From positions 334-64,333 of the forward strand of contig JACOXY010000010.1 in assembly GCA_016182095.1 (NCBI GenBank): a stretch of DNA of 64,000 nucleotides. The letters are read 5' to 3'. Numbering within the stretch: the first letter of the stretch is position 1; every line of letters begins with the position of its first letter. The stretch is from Candidatus Liptonbacteria bacterium (GTDB lineage: Bacteria; Patescibacteriota; Minisyncoccia; UBA6257; JACOXY01). Positions 26,355-36,796 of this stretch are shown one piece after another. The notes beneath the pieces are model-generated. The model did not search any database. It had not been told where the DNA came from and was given only the letters and a program-made list of their open reading frames with translations. The position numbers were made by a program, and so were the translations under genes.

Positions 26355-28253
26355 ATGCTACCACAAAACTTAAACAAAAAACAAATGGAGGCTGTGGAGA
26401 GTCCCGAGGGGCCGCTTCTAATAGTAGCTGGCGCCGGATCGGGCAAAACCAGGACGCTAACCAGCCGCCTGCAGTATTTGTTGTCCAAAAACATTAACCC
26501 CAGCTCCATTATTGCCATCACTTTTACCAATAAAGCGGCCGACGAAATGCGCGGTAGAGTTCAGAAGTTCATAGGTTCAAATCAGCCGTTCATTGGCACC
26601 TTTCATTCTTTGGGAGCGCGGATCCTAAGAAGAGAGACGGCGAGCTTGGGGAGGGGCGCTAATTTCAGCATTTTTGACTCCGATGACTCCTTAAGCGCCA
26701 TTAAAAAAACCATTAAAACTCTCGCGCTTTTAAAACAAGACAAGGCGGGTCCCACCATGTTTCGCTTTTATATTTCAAAAATTAAAAATGATCTGCTCCG
26801 GCCATCCGATTTATTGGAAGGAACAAAGCTCGCAAATTTGGAGGCGGTGTATGAAGAATATGAAAATCAATTAAAACGGATAAATGCCTTTGACTTTGAC
26901 GACTTGATTGAAAAACCAGTAAAACTTTTTGCGCGGAATCCCACGATTTTAAACGAATATCGCGAGCGCTTTAAATATATCTTGGTTGATGAATTTCAGG
27001 ATGTTAATACCGCCCAATATCAATTTATAAAGCTCCTGGCCAAAGAACATAAAAACATAAATGTGGTCGGGGATGACGCGCAATCTATATACAAATTTAG
27101 GGGGGCGAATTTCCAGCATTTCCTTAATTTTGAAAGCGATTGGCCAAATGCCAAAGTTGTGTTTTTGGAAGAAAATTATCGCTCAACCGGGAATATTATT
27201 TCGGCAGCTTCGGCGGTGGTGGGGGAAAATAAACTGCAAAAACAAAAAAATCTTTGGACGCGAAATCCCGCTGGAGCCCCAATATCTATCATGGAGCACA
27301 GAGATGAAATTGGTGAGGCAGAGTGGATAGCAAACAATATTAAAAATCCTTACACGGCCGAGCCGTCCGAGACCGTCCGCGGTCGGACTAGGTCAGGCTT
27401 TAGGCAAATATCAAAAATAAAAAATAAGGAGGCTGCCGCCATTTTATATAGAACTAACGCGCAATCGCGGGCAATTGAGCAGGCGTTGATTGAAAGAGGA
27501 ATCTCTTACCAAATTTTCGGGAGCATAAGGTTCTACGAAAGAAAAGAAATAAAAGATCTTGTTGCATGCCTCCGCTATGCCTGGAATCCAAAAGATCTTA
27601 TTAGCCTGGAGAGATTATCCAAAAACTTTCTTAAAAAACCATATTTAATTCTTCAAGCAGAGCTCCCCCAAAGGGCCTCGGGGCAGGCCGCGCTTTCGCC
27701 ATACGAACTTTTAATTTATGTGATAAATACCACCAAATATTTTGATTATTTAAAACAAAATTATCCAAATGCCGAAGAGCGCGCGGAAAATATTAAGGAG
27801 CTTTTGAATTTCGCGTCAGCCCACAATGATTTGGGCGGGTTTTTGGAAAAAATCACGCTTTTGCAGTCAAATGATGATCAAAACAGTCGCGTAACGACAA
27901 CTAATAACAAAAGCGGGCGTCCTGTTATAAGTAATAAGTTATCGGTTGTAAATTTAATGACAATCCACATCGCCAAGGGCCTTGAGTTTGATAGGATTTA
28001 TCTCGCGGGATGCAACGAGGGGCTCTTGCCGCATCAAATGTCATATAGCTCTCCCGACGAAATAGAGGAGGAGAGAAGGTTGATGTACGTAGCAATGACC
28101 CGAGCCAAGCAGGAGCTCATTTTAAGCTTTTATGATGTTGGATCAAGGTTTCTATACGAAATTCCCCCGGAATTAATAAAATTCCAAAGCGCGTTAAAAT
28201 CAGAGCAGGAAGAATTTTTGGATGACGAAGAAAGATATATCGTGCACGACTAG
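26355..28253 (+). CDS. pcrA: UvrD/PcrA-type ATP-dependent DNA helicase.
   Basis: Walker A AGAGSGKT. Helicase motifs DEFQDVN, VGDDAQSIY, ENYRS, MTIHIAKGLEFD. Confidence 0.85.
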   Translation: MLPQNLNKKQMEAVESPEGPLLIVAGAGSGKTRTLTSRLQYLLSKNINPSSIIAITFTNKAADEMRGRVQKFIGSNQPFIGTFHSLGARILRRETASLGRGANFSIFDSDDSLSAIKKTIKTLALLKQDKAGPTMFRFYISKIKNDLLRPSDLLEGTKLANLEAVYEEYENQLKRINAFDFDDLIEKPVKLFARNPTILNEYRERFKYILVDEFQDVNTAQYQFIKLLAKEHKNINVVGDDAQSIYKFRGANFQHFLNFESDWPNAKVVFLEENYRSTGNIISAASAVVGENKLQKQKNLWTRNPAGAPISIMEHRDEIGEAEWIANNIKNPYTAEPSETVRGRTRSGFRQISKIKNKEAAAILYRTNAQSRAIEQALIERGISYQIFGSIRFYERKEIKDLVACLRYAWNPKDLISLERLSKNFLKKPYLILQAELPQRASGQAALSPYELLIYVINTTKYFDYLKQNYPNAEERAENIKELLNFASAHNDLGGFLEKITLLQSNDDQNSRVTTTNNKSGRPVISNKLSVVNLMTIHIAKGLEFDRIYLAGCNEGLLPHQMSYSSPDEIEEERRLMYVAMTRAKQELILSFYDVGSRFLYEIPPELIKFQSALKSEQEEFLDDEERYIVHD

Positions 28254-28270
28254 AACCCATCTAATCTATA

Positions 28271-28696
28271 TTAACTTGTGCCCATGATAACAACGGGTTT
28301 CCCTGATTCAATTTTTACACAACCATAGTAGGGGATAGGAATCCGGCATTCTATTTCAAAAGGCAACGCCGTTCCAATAACCCAGTGGTCTATTAATGGG
28401 GTATATCTTTCATATACCCGGCTTAAAGGGGTTACCATAAAATATCCCGGTCTCGGATCGCCAACCTGAATCCACAAAGACGCCTCGCAGACACAGGGGA
28501 GCACCAATTCCACTCTACCGCCAAAAACAGGGAAAAGACTTAAACTAAAACCGGTAATGCTATCCACTTGAGCAGACGCATGCTTTGGTAAAAAAATATT
28601 TGAAACCACCGCGCTTCCGAATAAAAGAAGTGTTGCTAAAAAAGTGACAAGGATACAACTAATAAATTGTTTGGCGCGTTGCATAATATACGGCAT
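28271..28696 (-). CDS. Secreted hypothetical protein.
   Basis: Signal peptide and Cys-containing mature region. No domain recognised. Confidence 0.3.
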   Translation of the reverse strand: MPYIMQRAKQFISCILVTFLATLLLFGSAVVSNIFLPKHASAQVDSITGFSLSLFPVFGGRVELVLPCVCEASLWIQVGDPRPGYFMVTPLSRVYERYTPLIDHWVIGTALPFEIECRIPIPYYGCVKIESGKPVVIMGTS

Positions 28697-29916
28697 TAGT
28701 TAAGCGTTAATGTAAATGCGCTTTTCCCAGCCAAGGAAGAATCTGCGTCTTCTATGGCAATAACATACGCGCCAGCCGGGATCGCGGCGCCAGTTATGTC
28801 TTTCTCGGCAGTCCACGCAAACCAACCCTCATTAGGAAAATTTTTAGCAATTTGATATTGACCGCTTCCTTGCTCCAAAAAGATATTCACGCGCAGAACC
28901 GAGAGCGGCGCAAACCACATCATGCCGGTGATCGCGCCCCTTGTTACTGCCACACTTCCGGTAGTTGATGTCGGATGAAAAAGTGTAATGTTGGGGGTTT
29001 CATTGGCCGGCGCTATAGCAAAAAAATCATCGCTTACGTCATATATGGTTTTAGCGGAATTGGAAATTGTTATGGTATATCTATTCGCGGAAATATCATT
29101 ATTATTCGCATCCTTGCCCACAATCCAAGAAAATAGGCCATTATTTGCGGCGCTCTTGACAATTGAGTAGGTACGAGCAAGCGCGTTTACGGCTCCGCAA
29201 AGAGCATCTCCGGCACACGGAGAAAACCATTCTTTAAGCACAATGTCCACATACGGAATCGCGCCCGAAAACTGCCAACGGATAGTTTGAGTGGAACCAA
29301 TCGGCAAAACTTCATTGCCATTTGGGGATAAAATTTTTATAAAATTTTTAACATCCGCGCCAGAATTGGCCAAAGAATCGTTCTGGCATTTCAAAAGAAT
29401 GGCGGCTCTGGTTTTCGGGCCGAGAACTCCATAACCGGTTGTGGCAGGCGAACCGGAAGAGACTATCCCATTCCGCGCCTGAAAGCGCCGTACCGCAGTC
29501 TGTGTTAAGGAGCCGAAATAGCCGGTCACGAGGCCCTCGGGATAGAGCGTGGGGTCTGCCGCTAAATATCGCTGCAACTTCGTAACCTCTTCGGAAGTGG
29601 CCGCGTCGCTTAAACCAAAATAAAGATTTTTGGTTAAATTTAAACAAGTGGCGGCGGCAGGAGATGCCGCGGTGCCACCGGCAACGCCAACCTGGGCTTG
29701 AAGCGCTTGCGCTTGTTTTTGAAGCTCAACGATTTGAGCTTGTAATTGCTCCACGGAATAGCTACTTTGCAGCTCCGCGAAAATTACCGACGGCATAAAA
29801 ATAAAAAGGGGCAGAATAATCAAAACAACAAAGAAAAAAGAAGTTTGGGCGCGTCCATTCATAATTTTATTATAACATAAGAAAAATTCGGGGTTTCCTA
29901 ATTTTCTCAAGATCAT
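28696..29916 (-). CDS. Secreted protein with coiled-coil, a putative peptidoglycan-binding domain (PG_binding_1-like) and a large C-terminal beta-rich domain.
   Basis: VTKLQRYLAADPTLYPEGLVTGYFGSLTQTAVRRFQARNGIVSSG matches the PG-binding-1 pattern. Confidence 0.45.
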   Translation of the reverse strand: MILRKLGNPEFFLCYNKIMNGRAQTSFFFVVLIILPLFIFMPSVIFAELQSSYSVEQLQAQIVELQKQAQALQAQVGVAGGTAASPAAATCLNLTKNLYFGLSDAATSEEVTKLQRYLAADPTLYPEGLVTGYFGSLTQTAVRRFQARNGIVSSGSPATTGYGVLGPKTRAAILLKCQNDSLANSGADVKNFIKILSPNGNEVLPIGSTQTIRWQFSGAIPYVDIVLKEWFSPCAGDALCGAVNALARTYSIVKSAANNGLFSWIVGKDANNNDISANRYTITISNSAKTIYDVSDDFFAIAPANETPNITLFHPTSTTGSVAVTRGAITGMMWFAPLSVLRVNIFLEQGSGQYQIAKNFPNEGWFAWTAEKDITGAAIPAGAYVIAIEDADSSLAGKSAFTLTLN

Positions 29917-29960
29917 CGCAAGACTGCCAGTCTTGCGATGACAAAAATATTGGGACTTCT

Positions 29961-30785
29961 GTGTTTTTGTGTTTTAATACTTTTATGAGCAAGCGCCTCG
30001 GCCAACATTTTTTAATAAACAAAAGGATCTTGCAAAAAATTTCCACCTCTCTGGAAATTAAAGATAACGACACAATTATTGAGATCGGGCCGGGACACGG
30101 TGAATTAACAGAAGAAATATTAAAAATTAAAGATAAAAAATCAAAAATTATTGTAATTGAAAAAGACAAAGATCTGGCAGGGGCTCTGCGTCTGAAATAT
30201 CAAAACAACAAAAACATTGAAATTATTGAGGGCGACGCTTTAAAAGTTCTTCCTGAAATTACCATACCCCACACCCCGGACCCTAAACCCTACAAGCTTG
30301 CGGGAAACATCCCCTATTATATAACCGGGCGGCTTTTCCGCATTATTGGCGAAATAGAGCAAAAACCGCAAATCTGCGTATTCACAATACAAAAAGAGGT
30401 TGCGGAGCGCGTGGCCGCAAAGCCACCACGCATGAATTTGCTTGCCGCCTCTCTTCAGGTATGGGCCGACGTTAAAATAATTGAAACAGTGCCGGCAAGA
30501 TACTTTAATCCACCGCCGAAAGTTGATTCCGCAGTTATTAAGCTTATTACTAAACCCCCAGAACTTATAAACTTAAAAACTTATGAACTTACAAACCACT
30601 ACAAAATCCTGCGGATTTTATTCAGACAACCCAGAAAGACGATTTTAAACAATTTAAGCGATGGATTGGGCCTAAAAAAATCAGAAATAGTTGCAAAACT
30701 TAAAAAAATTGGCACAAAACCAACCGATCGCCCGCAGAATCTATCTATGGAAGATATGGTGAAGCTCTCTGTTTGCTTTCAATAA
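29961..30785 (+). CDS. rsmA: 16S rRNA (adenine1518/1519-N6)-dimethyltransferase KsgA/RsmA. Contains an ~11-residue insertion (TIPHTPDPKPY) encoded by a copy of the C-rich telomere-like repeat.
   Basis: GQHFLIN, IIEIGPGHGELT, GNIPYYITG motifs. The insertion DNA accataccccacaccccggaccctaaaccctac closely matches the repeat at 2607-2636. Confidence 0.8.
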   Translation: MFLCFNTFMSKRLGQHFLINKRILQKISTSLEIKDNDTIIEIGPGHGELTEEILKIKDKKSKIIVIEKDKDLAGALRLKYQNNKNIEIIEGDALKVLPEITIPHTPDPKPYKLAGNIPYYITGRLFRIIGEIEQKPQICVFTIQKEVAERVAAKPPRMNLLAASLQVWADVKIIETVPARYFNPPPKVDSAVIKLITKPPELINLKTYELTNHYKILRILFRQPRKTILNNLSDGLGLKKSEIVAKLKKIGTKPTDRPQNLSMEDMVKLSVCFQ

Positions 30786-30807
30786 TCACCAATGCCTAAT
30801 GTCTATT

Positions 30808-30905
30808 GGTTAAGGTTAGGAAGCCAGTTTGGTTTGTGGGGTTCTGGTTATTGGTCTTAAAAACGCTTAGCCTAAAAACTTTTTACCAAACCGGCATCTT
30901 AACCC
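30808..30905. repeat. Repeat family F3 copy A: imperfect inverted repeat GGTTAAGGTTAGGAAGCCAGTTTGGT ... ACCAAACCGGCATCTTAACCC.
   Basis: Arms read directly. Related copies at 36797-36902 and a collapsed hairpin form at 56202-56245. Confidence 0.5.
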
Positions 30906-30969
30906 TTACCCGAATACTTTTTTAGAATCATTAGTAATTATTTAGAGTAATTGCCCGCTACGCGGGCTG

Positions 30970-30989
30970 TTATCCACACGTCATCCACA
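30970..30989 (+). promoter_or_regulatory. Two tandem DnaA-box matches (TTATCCACA perfect, TCATCCACA 8/9) 13 nt upstream of a TATAAT -10 hexamer (31003-31008) in front of the first gene of the T4SS-like locus.
   Basis: Boxes and -10 hexamer read directly. Preceded by hairpin GCCCGC TAC GCGGGC. Confidence 0.5.
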
Positions 30990-31015
30990 AAGCTCCGCGT
31001 GCTATAATAATAAGG

Positions 31016-31825
31016 ATGCGTTACATCAAATTATTCGGCATTTTGACGCTTGTTTCAGCAAGCGCAAGTTTTGTTTTGTTTCTTTTTTCCTATAATTTAT
31101 CGGCTTTGACAGCTGAAAATTCAAAAAAACAAACAAAATCTTCGCTGGAAGAGAATTTCACGTCCATCGTAAAGCAAACCGGCCTAAATAATAAAATAGG
31201 CTCAACTAAGGTTGCGCCAACGGAAAATTATAAGAAAGAAGAGAATCTTACGCAATCCTTTATTGAAGAGCTAACTAATGAGATTGTAACCAAAAATCCC
31301 GCGGGTGTCGCCACAATAGACGGGGAACTGTCTTTGGTCGCTCCCAACGAAATATCTATAAGTGACTTCGCGGCCAAGAATAGCAAACTTATTGATTGGC
31401 GTAATTTTATACCTAAAATTTCCGATAAAGACATAAAAATAACATCCATAAATTCATCCAAGGAATACAAAAAATATCTAACTTCTCTGTACGGCATTAT
31501 CAAAGAAACTCTTTCGGATACAAGCTCTGCAACCGAAACACAGCCAAAACAAAAAGATTATTATCAAACAGCGAACGCGGTAGTAAATAAGTATGAAAAC
31601 ACGATTCAGGCAGTCTACGCGCTTCCCACGCCCGAGGGCCTGAAAGAGTTCCATAAAAAAGAATTGGCGCTCCTGATAGCCCAAAAAAATGTTTATCAAA
31701 AAGTCAGCGGCGCCAAAAAAGATCCATTAAGCGCGCTTATCGCGATGCAAGCCAATAAAAAAATTGATGCCGCTTTTTCGGATCTCAAAAAGGAGCTAAA
31801 AACAACCATAGAAAACACCCTTTAA
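31016..31825 (+). CDS. Secreted/membrane-anchored hypothetical protein. First gene of the T4SS-like locus.
   Basis: N-terminal signal/TM (LFGILTLVSASASFVLFLF). Lys/Glu-rich, no recognisable domain. Confidence 0.3.
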   Translation: MRYIKLFGILTLVSASASFVLFLFSYNLSALTAENSKKQTKSSLEENFTSIVKQTGLNNKIGSTKVAPTENYKKEENLTQSFIEELTNEIVTKNPAGVATIDGELSLVAPNEISISDFAAKNSKLIDWRNFIPKISDKDIKITSINSSKEYKKYLTSLYGIIKETLSDTSSATETQPKQKDYYQTANAVVNKYENTIQAVYALPTPEGLKEFHKKELALLIAQKNVYQKVSGAKKDPLSALIAMQANKKIDAAFSDLKKELKTTIENTL

Positions 31826-31836
31826 CCACGCGCAAC

Positions 31837-33330
31837 ATGAGTAATAAAAATTTTTTCTATATTTTAACAGCCGCAATAGCCATAGCGATAATGCTCGCGG
31901 CTCTGCCCGCAAATAAAGCGAGCGCCCAACTGCACAACATTGAATTTGACGCTTCAAACGGCTGTGACGAGGCGCATGGCGGAGGTGGCGGTGATTTTGT
32001 GCCGGTCTGCGAAGTAAATCCCCGCATCGTTTTGCCAAGCCGGCCGGACTACACATTTATAGATGATCTGATATTTATGGCAACCGATGACCCACAGGGG
32101 CTTTCGGAAATATTGCAACAAGGGGGACTGCCCGGGGAACTCCAATCCGACATGAGTATTTTGGGAAACCTGCAGAACTTGAATATGTTTTTCTTATTTG
32201 ACGAGTTTATATTCAAGTACATCAAAGAGCAGTTTAAGCTTCAGGCGATTGATACTATGGCCAATCAGGCGACTCAATGGGTTACAGGTGACGGAGAAAA
32301 CCCCCAGTTTATACAAGACTGGGAATCATATTTGTCCAACGCTTATGATATCGGGTACTATTCAGTGCCTAATGAGCTTGCGGTTGCGGAAGTTTGTCCT
32401 CAATTTAAAGATCAGCTAATATCCACAGTTGGCGGATCATTCCCGGAGTTCCCGGTTGATGAAGAGTCGCCATTTATAGACCAAATGCAGTGTACCTTAA
32501 ACAGCTTCCTTGAAAGCCAGGGCGGTTCGTATGACTTGTATCAAGAAGACTTCAGGAATGGCGGCTGGCTTGCCTATTCGGAGCAGTTATACAAACCACA
32601 AAATACTTATCTTGGATCGGTGTTCGCGTCTATTGATGAAGGACAGCGCAGGGCCGAGAGCAAACAGAACGCTATTGAACGCGAAGCCTTGGCAAGTAAC
32701 GGCTACCTTCCAATAAAAAGATGCTCTAGGGCTTTGCCTTCCATTTCCAATCCTTTCACGGCGTCACCCACAGAATGCTTAGAGTATCAGGTAACTTCAC
32801 CGGCATCGGTGTTTGAGAGCGCGCTTGATGCTTCAGTGCAGAGCCGATTTAACTATGTGGTAAACGCCGATCAATATATGGAGTTCCTGAATGTACTGCT
32901 GAATTCTTTTACCAATAAGCTAAGCGCGGCCGGGAGCGGCGGACTGTATGATTATGGCAGAGAAGCGGCAGAGGATGTTGGCGGAGTTAGCGGTGGATAT
33001 TTAGGAACACCAGAGCAAATGCCGCCGTCTGGAGAGGCGGGGCTTCGCTGGGCGTGTTATGACGCCATAAGCGGTAATAGCATTGGCTCCACCTTTAATG
33101 ATCTTGATGCCTGCCGGGCGCAAACAACCTGCGGAACGACTCCGGCCCGTTGCGGACTTTGCATGCCGGAAGGCGGAGTTGATTGTTCGGGAGATGAGTT
33201 TTATCCTCTGCCGGGAGAACTGATGGGAGCCGAGCCAATATGGCCGGAAATAGCGGACGAGGGCGCCCAGCCAATATGGCCGGAGGATTGGATACAGTGG
33301 CTATTAGATTTGTTTAATTGGTTTTTATAA
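31837..33330 (+). CDS. Secreted Cys-containing hypothetical protein (497 aa) with tandem C-terminal EPIWPE repeats.
   Basis: Signal peptide (AALPANKASAQ). GAEPIWPEIADEGAQPIWPEDW near the C-terminus. Confidence 0.3.
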   Translation: MSNKNFFYILTAAIAIAIMLAALPANKASAQLHNIEFDASNGCDEAHGGGGGDFVPVCEVNPRIVLPSRPDYTFIDDLIFMATDDPQGLSEILQQGGLPGELQSDMSILGNLQNLNMFFLFDEFIFKYIKEQFKLQAIDTMANQATQWVTGDGENPQFIQDWESYLSNAYDIGYYSVPNELAVAEVCPQFKDQLISTVGGSFPEFPVDEESPFIDQMQCTLNSFLESQGGSYDLYQEDFRNGGWLAYSEQLYKPQNTYLGSVFASIDEGQRRAESKQNAIEREALASNGYLPIKRCSRALPSISNPFTASPTECLEYQVTSPASVFESALDASVQSRFNYVVNADQYMEFLNVLLNSFTNKLSAAGSGGLYDYGREAAEDVGGVSGGYLGTPEQMPPSGEAGLRWACYDAISGNSIGSTFNDLDACRAQTTCGTTPARCGLCMPEGGVDCSGDEFYPLPGELMGAEPIWPEIADEGAQPIWPEDWIQWLLDLFNWFL

Positions 33331-33386
33331 AGGCGAGCATTAAAAGCGATTAGGCTTTTAAATATAATCAATACGCGACTCTACCC

Positions 33387-35558
33387 ATGAAATTATTTAA
33401 CACAAAAAAAATATTTTTCATTCTAATTTTGGTCTTTTTTTCTGCTTCATTTTTTGCTTCACCAGTCAAGATAGCTAACGCGCAGGCATGTGACCAACCT
33501 GGCTCTACCTGTACAACCTCTGGTGGGGAAGATGGGAAGTGTATCAACTCCGGCCAAAACAACAGATGCATCGCCAATGTTCTGCTTGGCTCTACACAAA
33601 AAATTGGTCCGGCAACCGCCGCGAGCGTAGCCACTAAAGTTGGTTTGGGGGCGTTATCTGGCATAGCTTCATTTTTTAATTGGCTAATCACCTTAATTGC
33701 CGGGGGGTTGATACAGTTAGTGGTCTGGCTTATTGAAGTTGCCTTGGGTTTAAATAGCAATATTTTAGCAATGCCAGCCGTGCAAATCGGTTGGGTCTTG
33801 GTCCGCGACGTGGCAAACCTGGGCTTTGTTTTGGGAATTATCGTGATCGCCTTTGCGACTATCATTAGACAGCAGAGCTACGGCATTAAAAATTTGCTCG
33901 TAAAACTGATTGTGGCGGCGGTGCTCGTAAATTTTAGCTTGCCCATAGCCGGGCTCGCGCTTGACGCCGCCGGAATCCCAACTCAATACTTTATAGATCA
34001 AATAGCAACACACGGCTCTCCCGGAGAATTTGCGCTAACTTTAGCCGGAGCTTTTGATATACAAAAAATTCCGGAGGCAAGCGACTCCGACCGAGGAGCG
34101 GCACTAAGAGCTCTGGGAGATGGAACCGTAGCGGTTTCCAACACTTTTTTCTCGGCTATATTTAGCTTGCTTATTCTTATCACGCTCGCGGCTGTCGCGA
34201 TAATGTTATTTATGCGATTTGTCGCTGTCGGATTGCTTTTGGTATTAATGCCTATGGCAATCCTTTTTTCCGTTTTCCCAAAGTTCAGCGGCAATTTTCA
34301 CAAGTGGCTGGAACAATTTTTGCGCTGGACGTTTTTTGCCCCAGCGGTTCTTTTCTTTATATATCTCGCAATCTACACGGTTAAAGTTCAACAGGGGTTT
34401 TTTGGGGCGCTCTCGGCTAAACTGCAAGCAGATCCGTCGGGAGTGGCGGCGGCGCTTACGAGCAATTTAAAACTTATTGGCAGTAACCCGCTTTATACTA
34501 TCGGCAATATGGCTTTAATGATCGGTTTAACCATGGGGGGGCTTTTTGTTGCTAATTCACTAAGCTTAATGGGGGGCATGGGGGTTGCCACGGCGGCACA
34601 AGGTTACGCGCAAAGATGGACAAAGAAAATTTTAAAGGCTCCGGTTGTGGCCGGTGGAGCAGCTGGCGCGTACGCGTGGGAGCGGGCTAAGACCGTAGGC
34701 GGAGCAGAAGTTGGGCCGGATGGCAAGGCAAAAGCTCCTTATTTACAACGCGCCTCTTCTTATTTGGCTACCATACCTGGCGTTGGGAGAGCATTTAGAG
34801 GAATAGCCGAGGGCAGAGCCACTGCGACTAAAGATATAGGAGCTGAGGTGGAAAAAATGAGGGGTGAGCGGTTTGATAATATGTCCAAAGATTACAGGTT
34901 TGCTATTGGCAACAAATTCACGAGGGTCGCAAATCCAAGGGTTGTGGCCGCAAATGCCCTATCTATGGCGGGGAAAGGAGAGTTTAGGGAGTTCCTTGAA
35001 AAGGCGGGGCCGGAAACCATAGATATTTTCTTAAATGCCCTACGCAAAACCGGAACCTCCAAAAACTTGCTTTCATCAAACCCGGAACTTGCTCCCGAAT
35101 TCGGAGAGGATCTCAAGAAAGTTATGCCTAGGGTACCTGGGGAAAGTTATGAGAAGTTTAGCGAAAAAACATTTGAACTTGCTAAAGATGCCGCTGGAAA
35201 TATTAAAAGTCTGGCGGATAATATGGCAAAGCAAATCGTCTTATTCGGCAGTCCTGGTGGATTTACAAGAATTGCTCAAAACGCGCCTCAATTAGTTGGA
35301 CCGGTAATGCAAGCATTTGAAGAATTGCGGAAGGAAATGCAGGCGTTAAAAACAACAAAGATAGATGCGGGAACGGCTACCGATGAAGAAAAACAAAATT
35401 ATAATAGATTCTTGACCCAGCGCAGCTTATTCTACCAGAATTATTCATATCAAAGTCTGGCAAATGCCGCCGATTTAGCTGCATTTAACGCCACAAGCAG
35501 ACGAAGGAGGCGCGGTGGAGGTGGAGCCGGCGGTGGAGGCGGATCCACAACGCCATAA
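33387..35558 (+). CDS. VirB6/TrbL-like polytopic inner-membrane protein with Cys-rich N-terminal secreted segment, a long hydrophilic C-terminal domain and a Gly/Arg-rich tail.
   Basis: Signal peptide, >=6 TM helices in the central region (IAGGLIQLVVWLIEVALGL, FVLGIIVIAFATII, LIVAAVLVNFSLPIAGLAL, LLILITLAAVAIMLFMRFVAVGLLLVLMPMAILF, FFAPAVLFFIYLAIY). Architecture as in T4SS VirB6-family proteins. Confidence 0.45.
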   Translation: MKLFNTKKIFFILILVFFSASFFASPVKIANAQACDQPGSTCTTSGGEDGKCINSGQNNRCIANVLLGSTQKIGPATAASVATKVGLGALSGIASFFNWLITLIAGGLIQLVVWLIEVALGLNSNILAMPAVQIGWVLVRDVANLGFVLGIIVIAFATIIRQQSYGIKNLLVKLIVAAVLVNFSLPIAGLALDAAGIPTQYFIDQIATHGSPGEFALTLAGAFDIQKIPEASDSDRGAALRALGDGTVAVSNTFFSAIFSLLILITLAAVAIMLFMRFVAVGLLLVLMPMAILFSVFPKFSGNFHKWLEQFLRWTFFAPAVLFFIYLAIYTVKVQQGFFGALSAKLQADPSGVAAALTSNLKLIGSNPLYTIGNMALMIGLTMGGLFVANSLSLMGGMGVATAAQGYAQRWTKKILKAPVVAGGAAGAYAWERAKTVGGAEVGPDGKAKAPYLQRASSYLATIPGVGRAFRGIAEGRATATKDIGAEVEKMRGERFDNMSKDYRFAIGNKFTRVANPRVVAANALSMAGKGEFREFLEKAGPETIDIFLNALRKTGTSKNLLSSNPELAPEFGEDLKKVMPRVPGESYEKFSEKTFELAKDAAGNIKSLADNMAKQIVLFGSPGGFTRIAQNAPQLVGPVMQAFEELRKEMQALKTTKIDAGTATDEEKQNYNRFLTQRSLFYQNYSYQSLANAADLAAFNATSRRRRRGGGGAGGGGGSTTP

Positions 35559-35569
35559 TTTAATAATAT

Positions 35570-36784
35570 ATGCCCCATAAATTAATAGACATACCGCAAG
35601 AAATTAGGGTTTGGTTAGCGTCAGAGGCCGCCACACAGCACATCGTGTTTATAAATAAACAGTTTGCTTTTGTTGAGGAAAAAATGAGAATAATACCTAT
35701 TTTGTTATTTCAGCTGACATCAAAAGAAATCCAACCGCAAGATTTTGTAAGTGAACTAAGCGACTGGTTAGATGTGAGCTCAGAATCCGCAAGGACACTC
35801 GCAAGAGAAATTGAAGAAAAAATTTTAGAGCCGATCAAGAGACCTCTTTTAAACTGGGGCATTGATATAAGCCTGATAAAAATAGGGGCTTTGAGTGAAG
35901 AGCTACGCCCAATCATTGCGCCCCCGCCTCCTTTGCCCCCCGACTTGCCCCCCGAAGCCTCGGCGAAGGGGGGAGCTTTAGCGCAGGAGGGCGCCACCAC
36001 ACCCAAAATATCAATATTCCCTTCTGCGAGTGAACCCCAAAAATCCTACACCCCTCCGCCGCCACCCGCCCCGGGGAAAAGTTTTGAGCCGTCATTTATG
36101 GGTGGCGCTCCGCGCACAGAAGATCTTGGCGCAAAAAAAATAAGGGCAATTGGCGGCACCCATGGCATTGGGGAAGAAAGTGAGCGCGAGGATAAGTCCT
36201 TCGGCGAAGCTCAGGACAAGCCCTTTATTATTCATAAGGAACCCTCGTTAGAGCCGGTTTCTAAAGATTTGCCATACGCAATCCCGTCCATCCCAAGCTC
36301 GCAAAACGAACAAAAAAACATACCAAGGCCGGATTTAGTGGCGCGCGCAAGAGAAGGGCAAACTCCGTGGCAGGATTTGATTCCCAAAAAAGAGCACTCC
36401 TCTCACGCTAAGGAAAAGCCCTTCGGCGAAGCTCGGGGCAAGCCCGTAGTCCTACCGCCCAAGCCAGTCGGAAAGAATTTAAGAGAACAAACACCACACA
36501 ATAATCCGGATTTAGCGGAACAAGCAAAACCAAGAAAAGAGGTGAGGCTCCCGGAGTCATCTTTTAAGATCGTGCATTATGACGAAGAAGAGCTGGCCGC
36601 AAAAGAGAAATTTAAAGCTATACCAAAACCAAGCGCCCCCCTAGACGGAACGTTAAGGGGCGAGCATTCTGTAAAACAGAATGTTTTAGCCAAGCCAGCC
36701 GATCTGCCAATGTTGCCCGATAAAGATGTTCATAAAAATAAACCCGGGCCCAAAGTTAAGGGGAATATGGTAGACCTTAGGTAA
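35570..36784 (+). CDS. Pro-rich protein with internal KPFGEA(Q/R)(D/G)KP repeats. No TM.
   Basis: PPPPLPPDLPPE and PPPPPAPG tracts. DNA-level ~30-nt repeat near 36193-36240 and 36417-36460. Confidence 0.3.
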   Translation: MPHKLIDIPQEIRVWLASEAATQHIVFINKQFAFVEEKMRIIPILLFQLTSKEIQPQDFVSELSDWLDVSSESARTLAREIEEKILEPIKRPLLNWGIDISLIKIGALSEELRPIIAPPPPLPPDLPPEASAKGGALAQEGATTPKISIFPSASEPQKSYTPPPPPAPGKSFEPSFMGGAPRTEDLGAKKIRAIGGTHGIGEESEREDKSFGEAQDKPFIIHKEPSLEPVSKDLPYAIPSIPSSQNEQKNIPRPDLVARAREGQTPWQDLIPKKEHSSHAKEKPFGEARGKPVVLPPKPVGKNLREQTPHNNPDLAEQAKPRKEVRLPESSFKIVHYDEEELAAKEKFKAIPKPSAPLDGTLRGEHSVKQNVLAKPADLPMLPDKDVHKNKPGPKVKGNMVDLR

Positions 36785-36796
36785 ATTTGCCTGTTG

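Noticed and set aside
26285-26497. 70-aa ORF overlapping the uvrD start
   Set aside because: Overlaps and is out of frame with the well-supported helicase gene. Starts inside repeat F2's right arm.
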